Position numbers and translations under genes: made by a program. A stretch of DNA of 32,000 nt from Candidatus Electronema halotolerans (lineage in GTDB: Bacteria; Desulfobacterota; Desulfobulbia; Desulfobulbales; Desulfobulbaceae), in the NCBI GenBank assembly GCA_942493095.1, contig OW818675.1, positions 2,880,001 through 2,912,000 of the forward strand. The letters are read 5' to 3'. Below are positions 17,483 to 27,951 of this stretch, one piece after another; the stretch's first letter is position 1; the number at the start of each line of letters is the position of its first letter. Below the pieces are notes generated by a model. That model had not been told where the DNA came from. It ran no database searches and saw only the letters and a program-made list of their open reading frames with translations.

Positions 17483-18793
17483 GTGAACGTAGATGGTGTG
17501 CAATTTCCTGTGATTGGCAACAGCATCATCATGGCGGTGGTCATTCTGACCCATGTCTTCTTCGCCTTTTTCGCGGTCGGAGGTTCTGTCTTGGCCGTTG
17601 TTGCGGAATGGTGGGGGACGAGAAAGAAAGATGATGACTATCTCCGGCTGGCTAAAAGCGTGTCCGGCTTCCTCTCGGACATGATGAAGATCAACGGAGT
17701 GCTGGGTGTGGCCATTGTCGTGCTGACCATCGGCCTCTGGAGCCAGTTTGGCGCGTTTCTTTATTCAGTCCAGTTCTGGCCCTTCTTCTTGGAAGGAGCT
17801 GATTTTCTCCTGCTGATGATTTTCGCAGTTGTTTATCATCATACATGGGATTCGGTCTCGCGGGGAATGCACATTTTTTTTGGCATCCTCACCGGCTTCT
17901 TTGCCTTGATGGCAGGCTTCCTGATCAACGGCATCTGGGCCTTCATGCTTTTTCCAGGCAAATGGGTTGAGACCGGTCTCCGCTGGGACGCATTTTTCAA
18001 TCCCATTTTATGGGAGTCAAGCATTCACATCCTGCTGCCCACGCTGATCAACGCCACGTTGATCATCTTCCTCTGGACGTACTGGAAATCCCTGAAAACC
18101 CAAGGGGCGGAGCAGGCCTATTTCAACAAGATGAACCTGTTCACGGCCAAAATCGGTGCTGTTCTGCTTTTCCTGCAGCCGCTTTCCGGCCTCAGCTTCA
18201 TGTTCAAAGTGAAGTCAGCCACAGAAGAGGCACTCAAATCGGAGGTGGTAAAAACAGTGGTTCCGTTGTCAAATCCGTGGCAGCAGATAACTGACGGCAT
18301 GGCCACGCCCTTTTTTTACACCATGATCACGCTGGGCGTGCTGGCTATGATCGGAGGCGCGCTGTACTGGGTGCAGGGGCATGAGAAAGGCCGCAAGGCG
18401 CTGGCCTTTGCCGCTTTTGCCATGTTCCTCGCCTTCTTCATGGGTGCCTTCACACGCGAACGGGCAAGAAAGCCCTATTTGGTCTGGAACAACATGTACA
18501 TGAATCAGCAATTTGTTCCCGGCAGCATTGCAGCTCCGCCTGCGCCTGCTGCCGCAGGCGAGACAGACGCACCGGTGAACGGCGAGCAAGTGCTGAAGGA
18601 TAAAGGCTGCATGAGCTGTCATGCTGGCGGCGCAGGCGCGCCATCGCTGAAGGGTCTGGCTCAGAAATATGACAAAACCACGCTGATGAACTTCATCCGC
18701 CAGCCTCAGGGAGCGGCAGCCAATATGATGCCGCCTTTCACCGGTTCAGACCAGGAACTGGATGCCTTGGCTGATCATCTGCTCAAGCAGTAA
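17483..18793 (+). CDS. Cytochrome bd subunit-I-like membrane protein fused to a C-terminal mono-heme c-type cytochrome domain
   Basis: GTG start after SD AAAGGAGA. About 9 predicted TM helices, with a CydA-like first helix containing His (VVILTHVFFAFFAVGG). The C-terminal soluble domain has CMSCH (CxxCH) and a downstream Met (ANMMPPF). Confidence 0.65.
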   Translation: MNVDGVQFPVIGNSIIMAVVILTHVFFAFFAVGGSVLAVVAEWWGTRKKDDDYLRLAKSVSGFLSDMMKINGVLGVAIVVLTIGLWSQFGAFLYSVQFWPFFLEGADFLLLMIFAVVYHHTWDSVSRGMHIFFGILTGFFALMAGFLINGIWAFMLFPGKWVETGLRWDAFFNPILWESSIHILLPTLINATLIIFLWTYWKSLKTQGAEQAYFNKMNLFTAKIGAVLLFLQPLSGLSFMFKVKSATEEALKSEVVKTVVPLSNPWQQITDGMATPFFYTMITLGVLAMIGGALYWVQGHEKGRKALAFAAFAMFLAFFMGAFTRERARKPYLVWNNMYMNQQFVPGSIAAPPAPAAAGETDAPVNGEQVLKDKGCMSCHAGGAGAPSLKGLAQKYDKTTLMNFIRQPQGAAANMMPPFTGSDQELDALADHLLKQ

Positions 18794-18819
18794 GCAGTGT
18801 TGAGCCTGTAAGAATTGTC

Positions 18820-18855
18820 CCCTGACCGGAATCTCGCCGGTCAGGGATTTTTTTT
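18820..18855 (+). terminator. Rho-independent terminator
   Basis: 10-bp stem CCCTGACCGG (18820-29) / CCGGTCAGGG (18837-46), a 7-nt loop, then T8 (18848-55). It lies between the convergent cytochrome gene and secA. Confidence 0.75.
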
Positions 18856-18859
18856 GCCC

Positions 18860-21406
<2,547 letters not shown>

Positions 21407-21428
21407 ATTTGGTTCTCCGCAGGCGGAA

Positions 21429-21956
21429 TCAGGCGGCTTTTTGCCGGTGAGGGATTGATTGACTGGCTGCGGCAGGCTGATCAGTCCAGATCAGCGCCTC
21501 TTCATCACAGTCCGGGAATTTGGGGCATTGCAGGCAGTCGCTCCAGATTTTGTGCGGCAGCTCGCTTTTTTCAATCGGGACAAAGCCGAGCTTGCGGAAA
21601 AACAGGCCTTGGTAGGTGAGGGTGAAAACCCGGCTGATTTCCAAGCTGCGGGCCTCGTCCAAGCAAGAGCTGACCAATTCGCTGCCAATGCCCTGCCGCT
21701 GCCTGCTTTCCGCCACCGCCAAGGAGCGGATTTCCGCCAGATTGTCCCAAGAAATATGCAGTGAGCAGACCCCTTGGATGCCATCCTGATCAAAGACGAC
21801 AAAATCACGGAGCTGGTCATAGAGTGAACTGATCGAGCGGCCCAGCAGCAGCCCTTTGGCAGCATACTGCTGGAGCAGGCTGTGAATGGCCTTGACATCG
21901 CTCATTCTGGCCGGACGGATGAAAACCCCTGGTTTTCCCCCTGAGAGTGTGTTCAT
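21429..21956 (-). CDS. GNAT-family N-acetyltransferase (N-acetylglutamate-synthase-like)
   Basis: Acetyl-CoA binding motif [11 protein letters not shown] in a GNAT-length protein. I prefer the ATG at 21956 (MNTLSGG, 175 aa) over the track start at 22046. The start is uncertain. Confidence 0.75.
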   Translation of the reverse strand: MNTLSGGKPGVFIRPARMSDVKAIHSLLQQYAAKGLLLGRSISSLYDQLRDFVVFDQDGIQGVCSLHISWDNLAEIRSLAVAESRQRQGIGSELVSSCLDEARSLEISRVFTLTYQGLFFRKLGFVPIEKSELPHKIWSDCLQCPKFPDCDEEALIWTDQPAAASQSIPHRQKAA

Positions 21957-22103
21957 AGCAATGCGCCGCCGTTTCTCCGTTGAGACGGAAAAAACGGTTT
22001 GCTGATGTTGGTTGTGTTTCAATGGATTTTTGCTCTGTATAAACAAAGACAGTAACGCTTTGTCAGCTTTTGGTCAAGGGCTGGCGCGCAGAGCGGATGC
22101 CGC

Positions 22104-22430
22104 TTACTGCGTTTCCCGGACAGCCTTCTGCCCAAGCGGAGCAATGCGCTTCTTTTTTTCTTCAGGCCGGATGATTTCCACGGCTGGATTTTCGATATAT
22201 GCAGGAGCTGCATTGTCAGCCTGCCTGTTGTCCGCTGGCGGTGCGGCAGCGAGCTGCTGCGGAGAATGGAGAATGGTCTGCCCCGCCCAGATGCCGAGCA
22301 GAAATATCCAGAAAAAAAGACAGAACAGCACCACGCCAATGCCGGCAATGCCGCCCGGACTGAGCTGGAACGTGATGCTGCCGCTTGATTCTTCCTGAAT
22401 TTCCGCTGTGCTGCGTTTGCGCCGGGACAT
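22104..22430 (-). CDS. Hypothetical single-pass membrane protein
   Basis: ORF with one TM helix (IAGIGVVLFCLFFWIFLLGIWAG) and a low-complexity tail. There is no SD at either candidate start (22430 or 22511), and no family is recognised. Confidence 0.4.
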   Translation of the reverse strand: MSRRKRSTAEIQEESSGSITFQLSPGGIAGIGVVLFCLFFWIFLLGIWAGQTILHSPQQLAAAPPADNRQADNAAPAYIENPAVEIIRPEEKKKRIAPLGQKAVRETQ

Positions 22431-22827
22431 GCTGCCTTGAGGAGGAACAGTGATCTTTGCCTGCTGAGACAGCTTACAAATTCGGCCCGTTGGGAGCAAG
22501 ATTTTTATCAAGGCGGTTGCGCGAAGTCGAAACCGCAGCCTTTGTCTTCATGCAGTCGGCAACATGCTCCGGCAATACGCCTAGCTGGCTTATGAGTAAA
22601 AAATACTCAGCAATGTCTTGAGGCTGTGTAAAAGTTACCTGCGCCCCTTGGCTGTCTGTTTGTTCACTTGTTCAGAATGAGAATCAATCCCATTTTGGCC
22701 GGACAGGCAAGAAAAACGCAATTCAAAGCAATTGCGGCATATATCTTGCAAGATAAATTATGGAGAGGAAGCTTTCTGCCTGTGCGTGGAGGGTGAAAAA
22801 ATTTCAGAAAAAGACGAGGAGGAACAG

Positions 22828-23067
22828 ATGAACTGTTGGGAATATAAGAAATGCGGGCGGGAAAAAGGCGGCATCAATGTGAAAAGGTTAGGGATATGTC
22901 CAGCTTGGCCAGCGCATGGCCAGCAATGCGCCCGCGTTGCCGGCACCTTCTGCGGCGGCAAGGTGCAGGGAACCTTTGTCATGAAGCTGCTCACCTGCAT
23001 GAAATGCGAGTTTTATCAAAGTGAGCATTATGATAAAAGCTATGGCAGAGAAAGAGCCGCAGCCTGA
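22828..23067 (+). CDS. Small Cys-rich protein of the two-CW-domain type (79 aa)
   Basis: The ATG at 22828 follows SD GAGGAGG. MNCWEYKKCGREKGG...CPAW...CARVAGTFCGGKVQGTF...CMKCEFY matches the NCWE[FY]KKCGRE...AGTxCGGxVQGTF...C.KC.FY pattern I recall for two-CW domains, here as a stand-alone protein. Confidence 0.6.
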   Translation: MNCWEYKKCGREKGGINVKRLGICPAWPAHGQQCARVAGTFCGGKVQGTFVMKLLTCMKCEFYQSEHYDKSYGRERAAA

Positions 23068-23090
23068 CAGGCTGCGGCTGAGTCCTTTTT
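23055..23090. terminator. Hairpin terminator shared by convergent genes
   Basis: 11-bp perfect stem AGCCGCAGCCT (23055-65) / AGGCTGCGGCT (23069-79) with a 3-nt loop, and T5 at 23086-90. The stop codon of the 22828 gene lies in the loop. Confidence 0.55.
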
Positions 23091-23538
23091 ATTGCGGCTG
23101 ACAGGTGCCTGTGCATTCCGCACCGTTTTCACAGCCGTCGTTGGGAATGTCAACGCATATCATTCCGTTTGGACAGGGAATGCCAGCGATGCTGCCGCAC
23201 ATCCGGCCTTGACCTTCGCATTGGCCGTCATATTTGACGGAAACACCAGCCCGGGCCGCAGCGCAGGCGTTGCTGTAGGTCCTGCCATTGCATCCGCAGA
23301 CCGGCGAATAGTCTGCGGTGCAGATTTCCGGCCTTGGCTTGCAGATGCCCGGCGCATCTCCAATGCCGCAATGGGCAGCGGGTTCATAAGAGCAATACAT
23401 ATCTGCCGGGCAGGCTGCACCGCGAAAGCCGCCGCAGACTTGGCCGGAAGGAGGAGGCGGGGAAGAAGGCGGCTTGGGGCATCCTGTCAGGAGCAGCAGG
23501 ACAAAGCAGCTGAGAGCAAAAAAAATGGACTTGCACAT
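23089..23538 (-). CDS. Cys-rich lipoprotein with a Kazal-type serine protease inhibitor domain
   Basis: The ATG at 23538 follows SD GGAGAG. Signal peptide with lipobox LLLTGC. The Kazal signature CTADYSPVCGCNGRTYSNACAAARAGVSVKYDGQC is flanked by further Cys-rich modules. Confidence 0.7.
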   Translation of the reverse strand: MCKSIFFALSCFVLLLLTGCPKPPSSPPPPSGQVCGGFRGAACPADMYCSYEPAAHCGIGDAPGICKPRPEICTADYSPVCGCNGRTYSNACAAARAGVSVKYDGQCEGQGRMCGSIAGIPCPNGMICVDIPNDGCENGAECTGTCQPQ

Positions 23539-24008
23539 GAATCTCTCCGCAAAAGAAACGGTTGCGCTGACATCAGCAGCATCTATTCTGCAAACCTGCC
23601 TCTGACAGCTTGGCTGTTGCCTCAGATTAAGCATTTTCGCCCCTGTCCAGCAAGGAATTTCTGCGGCAACAAACACCGCCCGCCGCTGCCGATCTTCAGA
23701 GATCATCCTGCCTCACTGTAGTCCATCTCGCAAAAAAGTCTCAACAATCCCGATTGCTTGGTCGGTCATACTGACCTGACATCCTGTTCCACAGGGAATA
23801 AAGCACTTGCACAGACCAGCACTGCTCCTATACAATAGGATTTCTTGTGCATAGTGTCTCTGTGCCATGAGCAGAAAGCTGCCTCCATGATTCTGGCTGT
23901 TTGGACTGCGCTTGTCAAAACGCTGCGCAGATGCGGCAGTGATACATCAAGAGTCAAGTGCTTGCCGCATACTCGGCTTGTCCTGAATGAATACAACTGA
24001 ATTTTTTT

Positions 24009-24842
24009 ATGAACATCGCCCATTTCCCCATTCCCTTTGTCAAGATGAGCGGCACTGGCAATGACTTTATTCTCATTGACAACCACCAGCCGCTGATCGC
24101 CCCGGAGGACATGTCCGCTTTGGCTGCTGCTGTGTGCAGACGCAAGTTTTCTGTCGGCGCGGACGGCCTGATTCTGCTTGAACCATCTGCGCAGGCCGAC
24201 TTTTGCTGGCAGTTCTTCAATGCCGACGGCTCAACAGCGGAGATGTGCGGCAACGGAGCGCGCTGCGCCGCCCGTTTCGCCTTCATGCAGGGCATTGCTC
24301 CAGAAAAGATGCGCTTTGAGACCCTGGCCGGAATCATTGAGGCGGAAATTTCTGGCACCGAAGTGGCGGTCAAGATGACGAAGCCGGTCAATCTGCGCCT
24401 GCATCAGACCATTGAGGTGAACAATGCCCCGTTGGAATTGCACAGCATCAACACGGGCGTGCCTCATGCAGTTGTCTTTGTTGACAACATTGACAAAACT
24501 GACGTGCGCGGCCTTGGCCGGGCGGTCCGGCAGCATCAGGCCTTTGCCCCTGCTGGCACCAATGTCAACTTTGTTCAGCAGCGCGGCGCGGCCTTCAAAG
24601 TGCGTACCTACGAGCGCGGCGTGGAGGATGAAACCTTGGCCTGCGGCACTGGCGCGGCAGCCAGTGCGATCATTGCCGCCCTGCTTGGTCAGGCCGCCTC
24701 GCCAGTGGAGATCATCACCTCCGGCGGCGACCGCCTGAGCATTTCCTTTGCCGCTGAAAGCGGGCGGATTGACAGCGTCTATCTCAAAGGCCCGGCCCGG
24801 ATGATTTATGCCGGAGAACTGACTGCCGAGGCCCTGCTGTGA
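24009..24842 (+). CDS. dapF: Diaminopimelate epimerase
   Basis: 277 aa with FVKMSGTGNDFILID and both catalytic Cys motifs (EMCGNGARC and LACGTGAAA). Confidence 0.95.
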   Translation: MNIAHFPIPFVKMSGTGNDFILIDNHQPLIAPEDMSALAAAVCRRKFSVGADGLILLEPSAQADFCWQFFNADGSTAEMCGNGARCAARFAFMQGIAPEKMRFETLAGIIEAEISGTEVAVKMTKPVNLRLHQTIEVNNAPLELHSINTGVPHAVVFVDNIDKTDVRGLGRAVRQHQAFAPAGTNVNFVQQRGAAFKVRTYERGVEDETLACGTGAAASAIIAALLGQAASPVEIITSGGDRLSISFAAESGRIDSVYLKGPARMIYAGELTAEALL

Positions 24843-24897
24843 TTTGCTGCCGTCCCTCAGCTTCATATCTCTGCCAAAGAAAACGCGACATTTTCTA

Positions 24898-24925
24898 TTG
24901 ACAAGCAGAGCCGGAATGATAATCT
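24898..24925 (+). promoter_or_regulatory. Possible promoter of the terD-terD block
   Basis: TTGACA at 24898-24903 with weak -10 candidates GATAAT (24918-23, 14-nt spacer) or TAATCT (24920-25, 16-nt spacer), about 125 nt upstream of terD. Pattern match only. Confidence 0.3.
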
Positions 24926-25049
24926 CCTTTGCAAGAGTTTCTCCTCAAGCAACAAGGTCACGCGCCGCAGTCTGCTGTGGAACTTTTCTTCAGCAAAACA
25001 AGGTGCTGTCAACGCAGTCAATCAAGCCAACTTCACAAGGAGTGCTGCC

Positions 25050-25637
25050 ATGTCGATCAATCTCTCCAAAGGCGCCAATATCTCATTGGCAAAAGAAGCT
25101 CCCAGCCTCACCGATGCCCTGCTGGGGCTGGGCTGGAGCAAGAGAAAAGAAAAAGCGTTCTTTGGCATGACGACCAAAGAAGTTGATGTTGATCTGGATG
25201 CCTCCTGCCTCCTGTTTGATGAAAATAAAAGCCTGCTGGATGCGGTCTGGTTCCGGCAGCTGCAAAGCAAGGACGGCTCAGTCCGGCACAGCGGTGACGA
25301 CCTGACCGGCGGGGGCGGGGATGACGATCCGAATGAGGAAATTCTTGTCCAGCTCAACGCGGTGCCGGACAATGTCAAAACCTTAGTTTTCACAGTCAAC
25401 AGTTTTCTCAATGATTCCTTTGACGGCATTCCCAGTGCCTTCTGCACCTTGAAGGATAAAAAAACTGGGAAAATCATTGCCAAGTACGACTTGAGCGTCG
25501 AAGGCGGCAGCCGCACCGGGCTGGTCATCGCCAAGCTCTACCGGCATGACAACGAGTGGAAATTCAAAGCCCTTGGCGAATGGGGCAACGGCAGAACCTT
25601 TGACAAGCTGCTGCCGATCATTTCTAAATTGCTGTAA
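25050..25637 (+). CDS. terD: TerD-family stress protein (TerD/TerZ-like), copy 1
   Basis: 195 aa with INLSKGANISL, LGLGW, DLDASCLLFD and the Ca-binding-type GDDLTGGGGDDDPNEEI. SD AAGGAG. Confidence 0.9.
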   Translation: MSINLSKGANISLAKEAPSLTDALLGLGWSKRKEKAFFGMTTKEVDVDLDASCLLFDENKSLLDAVWFRQLQSKDGSVRHSGDDLTGGGGDDDPNEEILVQLNAVPDNVKTLVFTVNSFLNDSFDGIPSAFCTLKDKKTGKIIAKYDLSVEGGSRTGLVIAKLYRHDNEWKFKALGEWGNGRTFDKLLPIISKLL

Positions 25638-25658
25638 CGCACCAAAGGAGGCAAAAAA

Positions 25659-26246
25659 ATGGGCATTACCTTAGAAAAAGGCGGCAGGATATCTCTGTCA
25701 AAAGCGGCACCTGGCCTGAGCAAGATTTTCATCGGTCTTGGCTGGGATGAGCGGACCACTGATGGTGCTGATTTTGATCTTGATGCCTCGGTTTTTCTCT
25801 TAAATGCGGCAGGCAAGGCCCGCAGCGAGCAGGATTTCATCTTCTACAACAACCTCAAGGGCGCGGACGGCGCAGTTGAGCATCAAGGCGACAACTTGAC
25901 CGGTGGCGGCGAGGGTGACGACGAGGTCGTCAAGGTTGATCTGCGCAAATTGGAAAGCGTCGCCCCGGATGTGATCAGAATGGCTGTGGTCTGCACGATT
26001 TACGAGGCGGAACAGCGCGGCCAGAATTTTGGTCAGGTCAGCAATGCCTTTATCCGCATTGTCAATGACGACGACAACGAGGAGATCGTCCGCTTTGATC
26101 TGACTGAAGATTATTCCATGGAAACGGCAATGGTCTTTGGCGAGGTCTATAAAAAAGACGGCGAATGGCGTTTCACTGCGGTCGGACAAGGCTATTCAGG
26201 AGGGCTTGCCGCTGCCTGCGCCAACTACGGCCTGAACGCCAACTGA
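25659..26246 (+). CDS. terD: TerD-family stress protein, copy 2
   Basis: 195 aa with ITLEKGGRISL, IGLGWD, DFDLDASVFLL, GDNLTGGGEGDDEVVKVDL and GEWRFTAVGQGY. SD AAAGGAGG. Confidence 0.92.
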   Translation: MGITLEKGGRISLSKAAPGLSKIFIGLGWDERTTDGADFDLDASVFLLNAAGKARSEQDFIFYNNLKGADGAVEHQGDNLTGGGEGDDEVVKVDLRKLESVAPDVIRMAVVCTIYEAEQRGQNFGQVSNAFIRIVNDDDNEEIVRFDLTEDYSMETAMVFGEVYKKDGEWRFTAVGQGYSGGLAAACANYGLNAN

Positions 26247-26270
26247 GGCGCAAACATCTGCCAATTTCGG

Positions 26271-26300
26271 AATGCCGCCTGCAACCGGGCGGCATTTTTT
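26271..26300 (+). terminator. Rho-independent terminator or attenuator between terD and terY
   Basis: 9-bp stem AATGCCGCC (26271-79) / GGCGGCATT (26288-96) with an 8-nt loop, running into a T6 tract (26295-26300). Confidence 0.6.
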
Positions 26301-26322
26301 GATATTTCTACAGGAGAATGCG

Positions 26323-26961
26323 ATGCGACGGCTGCCTGTCTATCTTCTGCTTGACTGCTCCACTTCCATGAGCGGCGAGCCGATTCAAGCGGTGCAAGAT
26401 GGCGTGCAACTGCTGATTTCAACCCTGCGGCAAGACCCTTACGCGCTGGAAACAGCCTGTCTCAGCGTGATCGCCTTTGACACAGATGCCAGACAGCTTG
26501 TGCCGCTGACTGATGTGATCAGCTTTCAAGTCCCAAATATTCGGGCGCAGGGGGTCACATCTTTAGGCAGGGCGTTGCAGCTAACTGCGGAAAAAATCAA
26601 CAGCGAAGTGGTGAAAACCACGCCTGACCGGCGCGGCGACTGGAAGCCGCTGGTTTTTCTCATGACCGACGGCATGCCCACGGACGACTGGCGGCCTGGC
26701 TTGGACCTGCTGCAAAAGAGCAAGCCCGGCATGATCATTGCCTGCGCTGCCGGACCTGATGTGGAACTCAAGGTTCTGAAGGAAATCTCAGACGTTGTTG
26801 TGCAGTTGAGCACGGCTGACGCTGAAACCATCAAGAAGTTCTTCCAGTGGATTTCCGCCAGCGTCAGCACCAGCAGCCGCAAGATTGATCTGAAAAAGAA
26901 AGATGTTACCGCCTTGGACGAGCTGCCGCCCCCGCCGCCGGAAATCAATGTCGTGGTCTGA
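26323..26961 (+). CDS. terY: TerY-like vWA domain protein, paralogue 3
   Basis: The ATG at 26323 follows SD CAGGAGA. MRRLPVYLLLDCSTSMSGEPIQ (MIDAS), SVIAFD, RRGDWKPLVFLMTDGMPTDD and C-terminal LPPPPPEINVVV. Confidence 0.85.
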   Translation: MRRLPVYLLLDCSTSMSGEPIQAVQDGVQLLISTLRQDPYALETACLSVIAFDTDARQLVPLTDVISFQVPNIRAQGVTSLGRALQLTAEKINSEVVKTTPDRRGDWKPLVFLMTDGMPTDDWRPGLDLLQKSKPGMIIACAAGPDVELKVLKEISDVVVQLSTADAETIKKFFQWISASVSTSSRKIDLKKKDVTALDELPPPPPEINVVV

Positions 26962-27252
26962 TTTCAGTTCTTGAACAGTTTGCTTTCCAGCAAACAAGTC
27001 GATCAGCCCCGCTTGCCCCAACAGCTTTACATGACTGATGTTTTTTTAAGAATATCGTGTCAGGATGTCCTGATCAGGGAAACTTCAGGCTGACGGGCTG
27101 ATGCAAAGCTGGTTTGCTGAATTTCTTTCATTCCGCCCTTAAAGCGTTCAGTCATACGTCAAGTCGCCCTGAATCCTCTTTTGCAACGAACTGCGGTGCG
27201 GAGTTGCGCACCGGCTCTGGGGCTGCATGGCAGAGCTGGCGCGCTGCTGAGG

Positions 27253-27564
27253 TTATAAGGTGATGACAATTCTTGGCAACTCCAGCACAAATGGCGGCGG
27301 GGCCATGTAAGCTGGCGGCGGTGCTGGCGTGACCATATAGGGCGGCGGCGGCAGATAGACCACTGGCGCAGGCGGCGGTGGCGGCACAAAAACAGGCGGT
27401 GGTGGAGCTGGCGCGACCATATAGGGCGGCGGCGGCAGATAGACCATTGGCGCAGGCGGTGGCGGCGCAAAAGCGGGCGGCGGCGGCAGAAAAGCGTGAG
27501 ACGCTGTTGCCGAAGTAAAAAAGATCGCCGCGCTGAACAAAATGGAACAAGTCAGAGTTTTCAT
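27253..27564 (-). CDS. Secreted proline-rich repeat protein (103 aa; mature part more than 50% Pro)
   Basis: The ATG at 27564 follows SD GGGAGA. Signal peptide MKTLTCSILFSAAIFFTSATASHA. The mature sequence is FLPPPPAFAPPPPAPMVYLPPPPYMVAPAPPPPVFVPPPPPAPVVYLPPPPYMVTPAPPPAYMAPPPFVLELPRIVITL. Confidence 0.6.
   Translation of the reverse strand: MKTLTCSILFSAAIFFTSATASHAFLPPPPAFAPPPPAPMVYLPPPPYMVAPAPPPPVFVPPPPPAPVVYLPPPPYMVTPAPPPAYMAPPPFVLELPRIVITL
27289..27495. repeat. About 84-bp tandem repeat (about 2.5 copies) inside the proline-rich gene
   Basis: GACCATATAGGGCGGCGGCGGCAGATAGACCA[C/T]TGGCGCAGGCGG starts at 27331 and again at 27415, with 1 mismatch over the first 45 nt and then a 3-nt indel. 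A degenerate copy lies upstream. Confidence 0.7.
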
Positions 27565-27951
27565 TGCATTCTCCCAGATGAAGTGGTGTGGGCAGATCAG
27601 CCTTGCAGCGACTGCTCCGCTTATTTTATTATACCATGCTGCTGTCAGGCCTGCTATTCTTTCCGCCGCCGCTTGAAACGTGTCATTCATGACCTGCGAA
27701 ACCGGCCCAACCAAAAATTTCAAAAAGTTTCAGGCGTATTTGGAACATTTTGCGGAGCAGCATGTTGAGCGGCTTCCAAATCCATCCCAATCCGCAGAGC
27801 ACCAACCTGCAATGGAAATTGGATTATCCGAAGAAACATCGCTTGAATCTGTATTTAGATGCAACATTGACCTGACTGATCAAATACGCATTCCACTGAC
27901 CGAGTTTCATACGGAAGCACTGGATTTATCAATAATAACAGAGAGGGGAAA

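Noticed and set aside
22732-22827. Upstream extension of the two-CW ORF (track start 22732)
   Set aside because: The conserved domain begins at MNCWEYKKCG, and a strong SD (GAGGAGG) precedes the ATG at 22828.
23539-23706. Upstream extension of the Kazal lipoprotein ORF (track start 23706)
   Set aside because: The internal ATG at 23538 has an SD and yields a proper lipoprotein signal peptide. The 56 extra residues are Arg/Ala/Cys-rich with no function.
25050-26961. Calling the Ter genes a TerY-P (kinase/phosphatase) defence triad
   Set aside because: No Ser/Thr kinase or PP2C phosphatase ORF is present next to any of the three TerY genes in this window.
27565-27723. Upstream extension of the proline-rich ORF (track start 27723)
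   Set aside because: The ATG at 27564 follows GGGAGA and gives a canonical signal peptide at the N-terminus. The extension would bury it.
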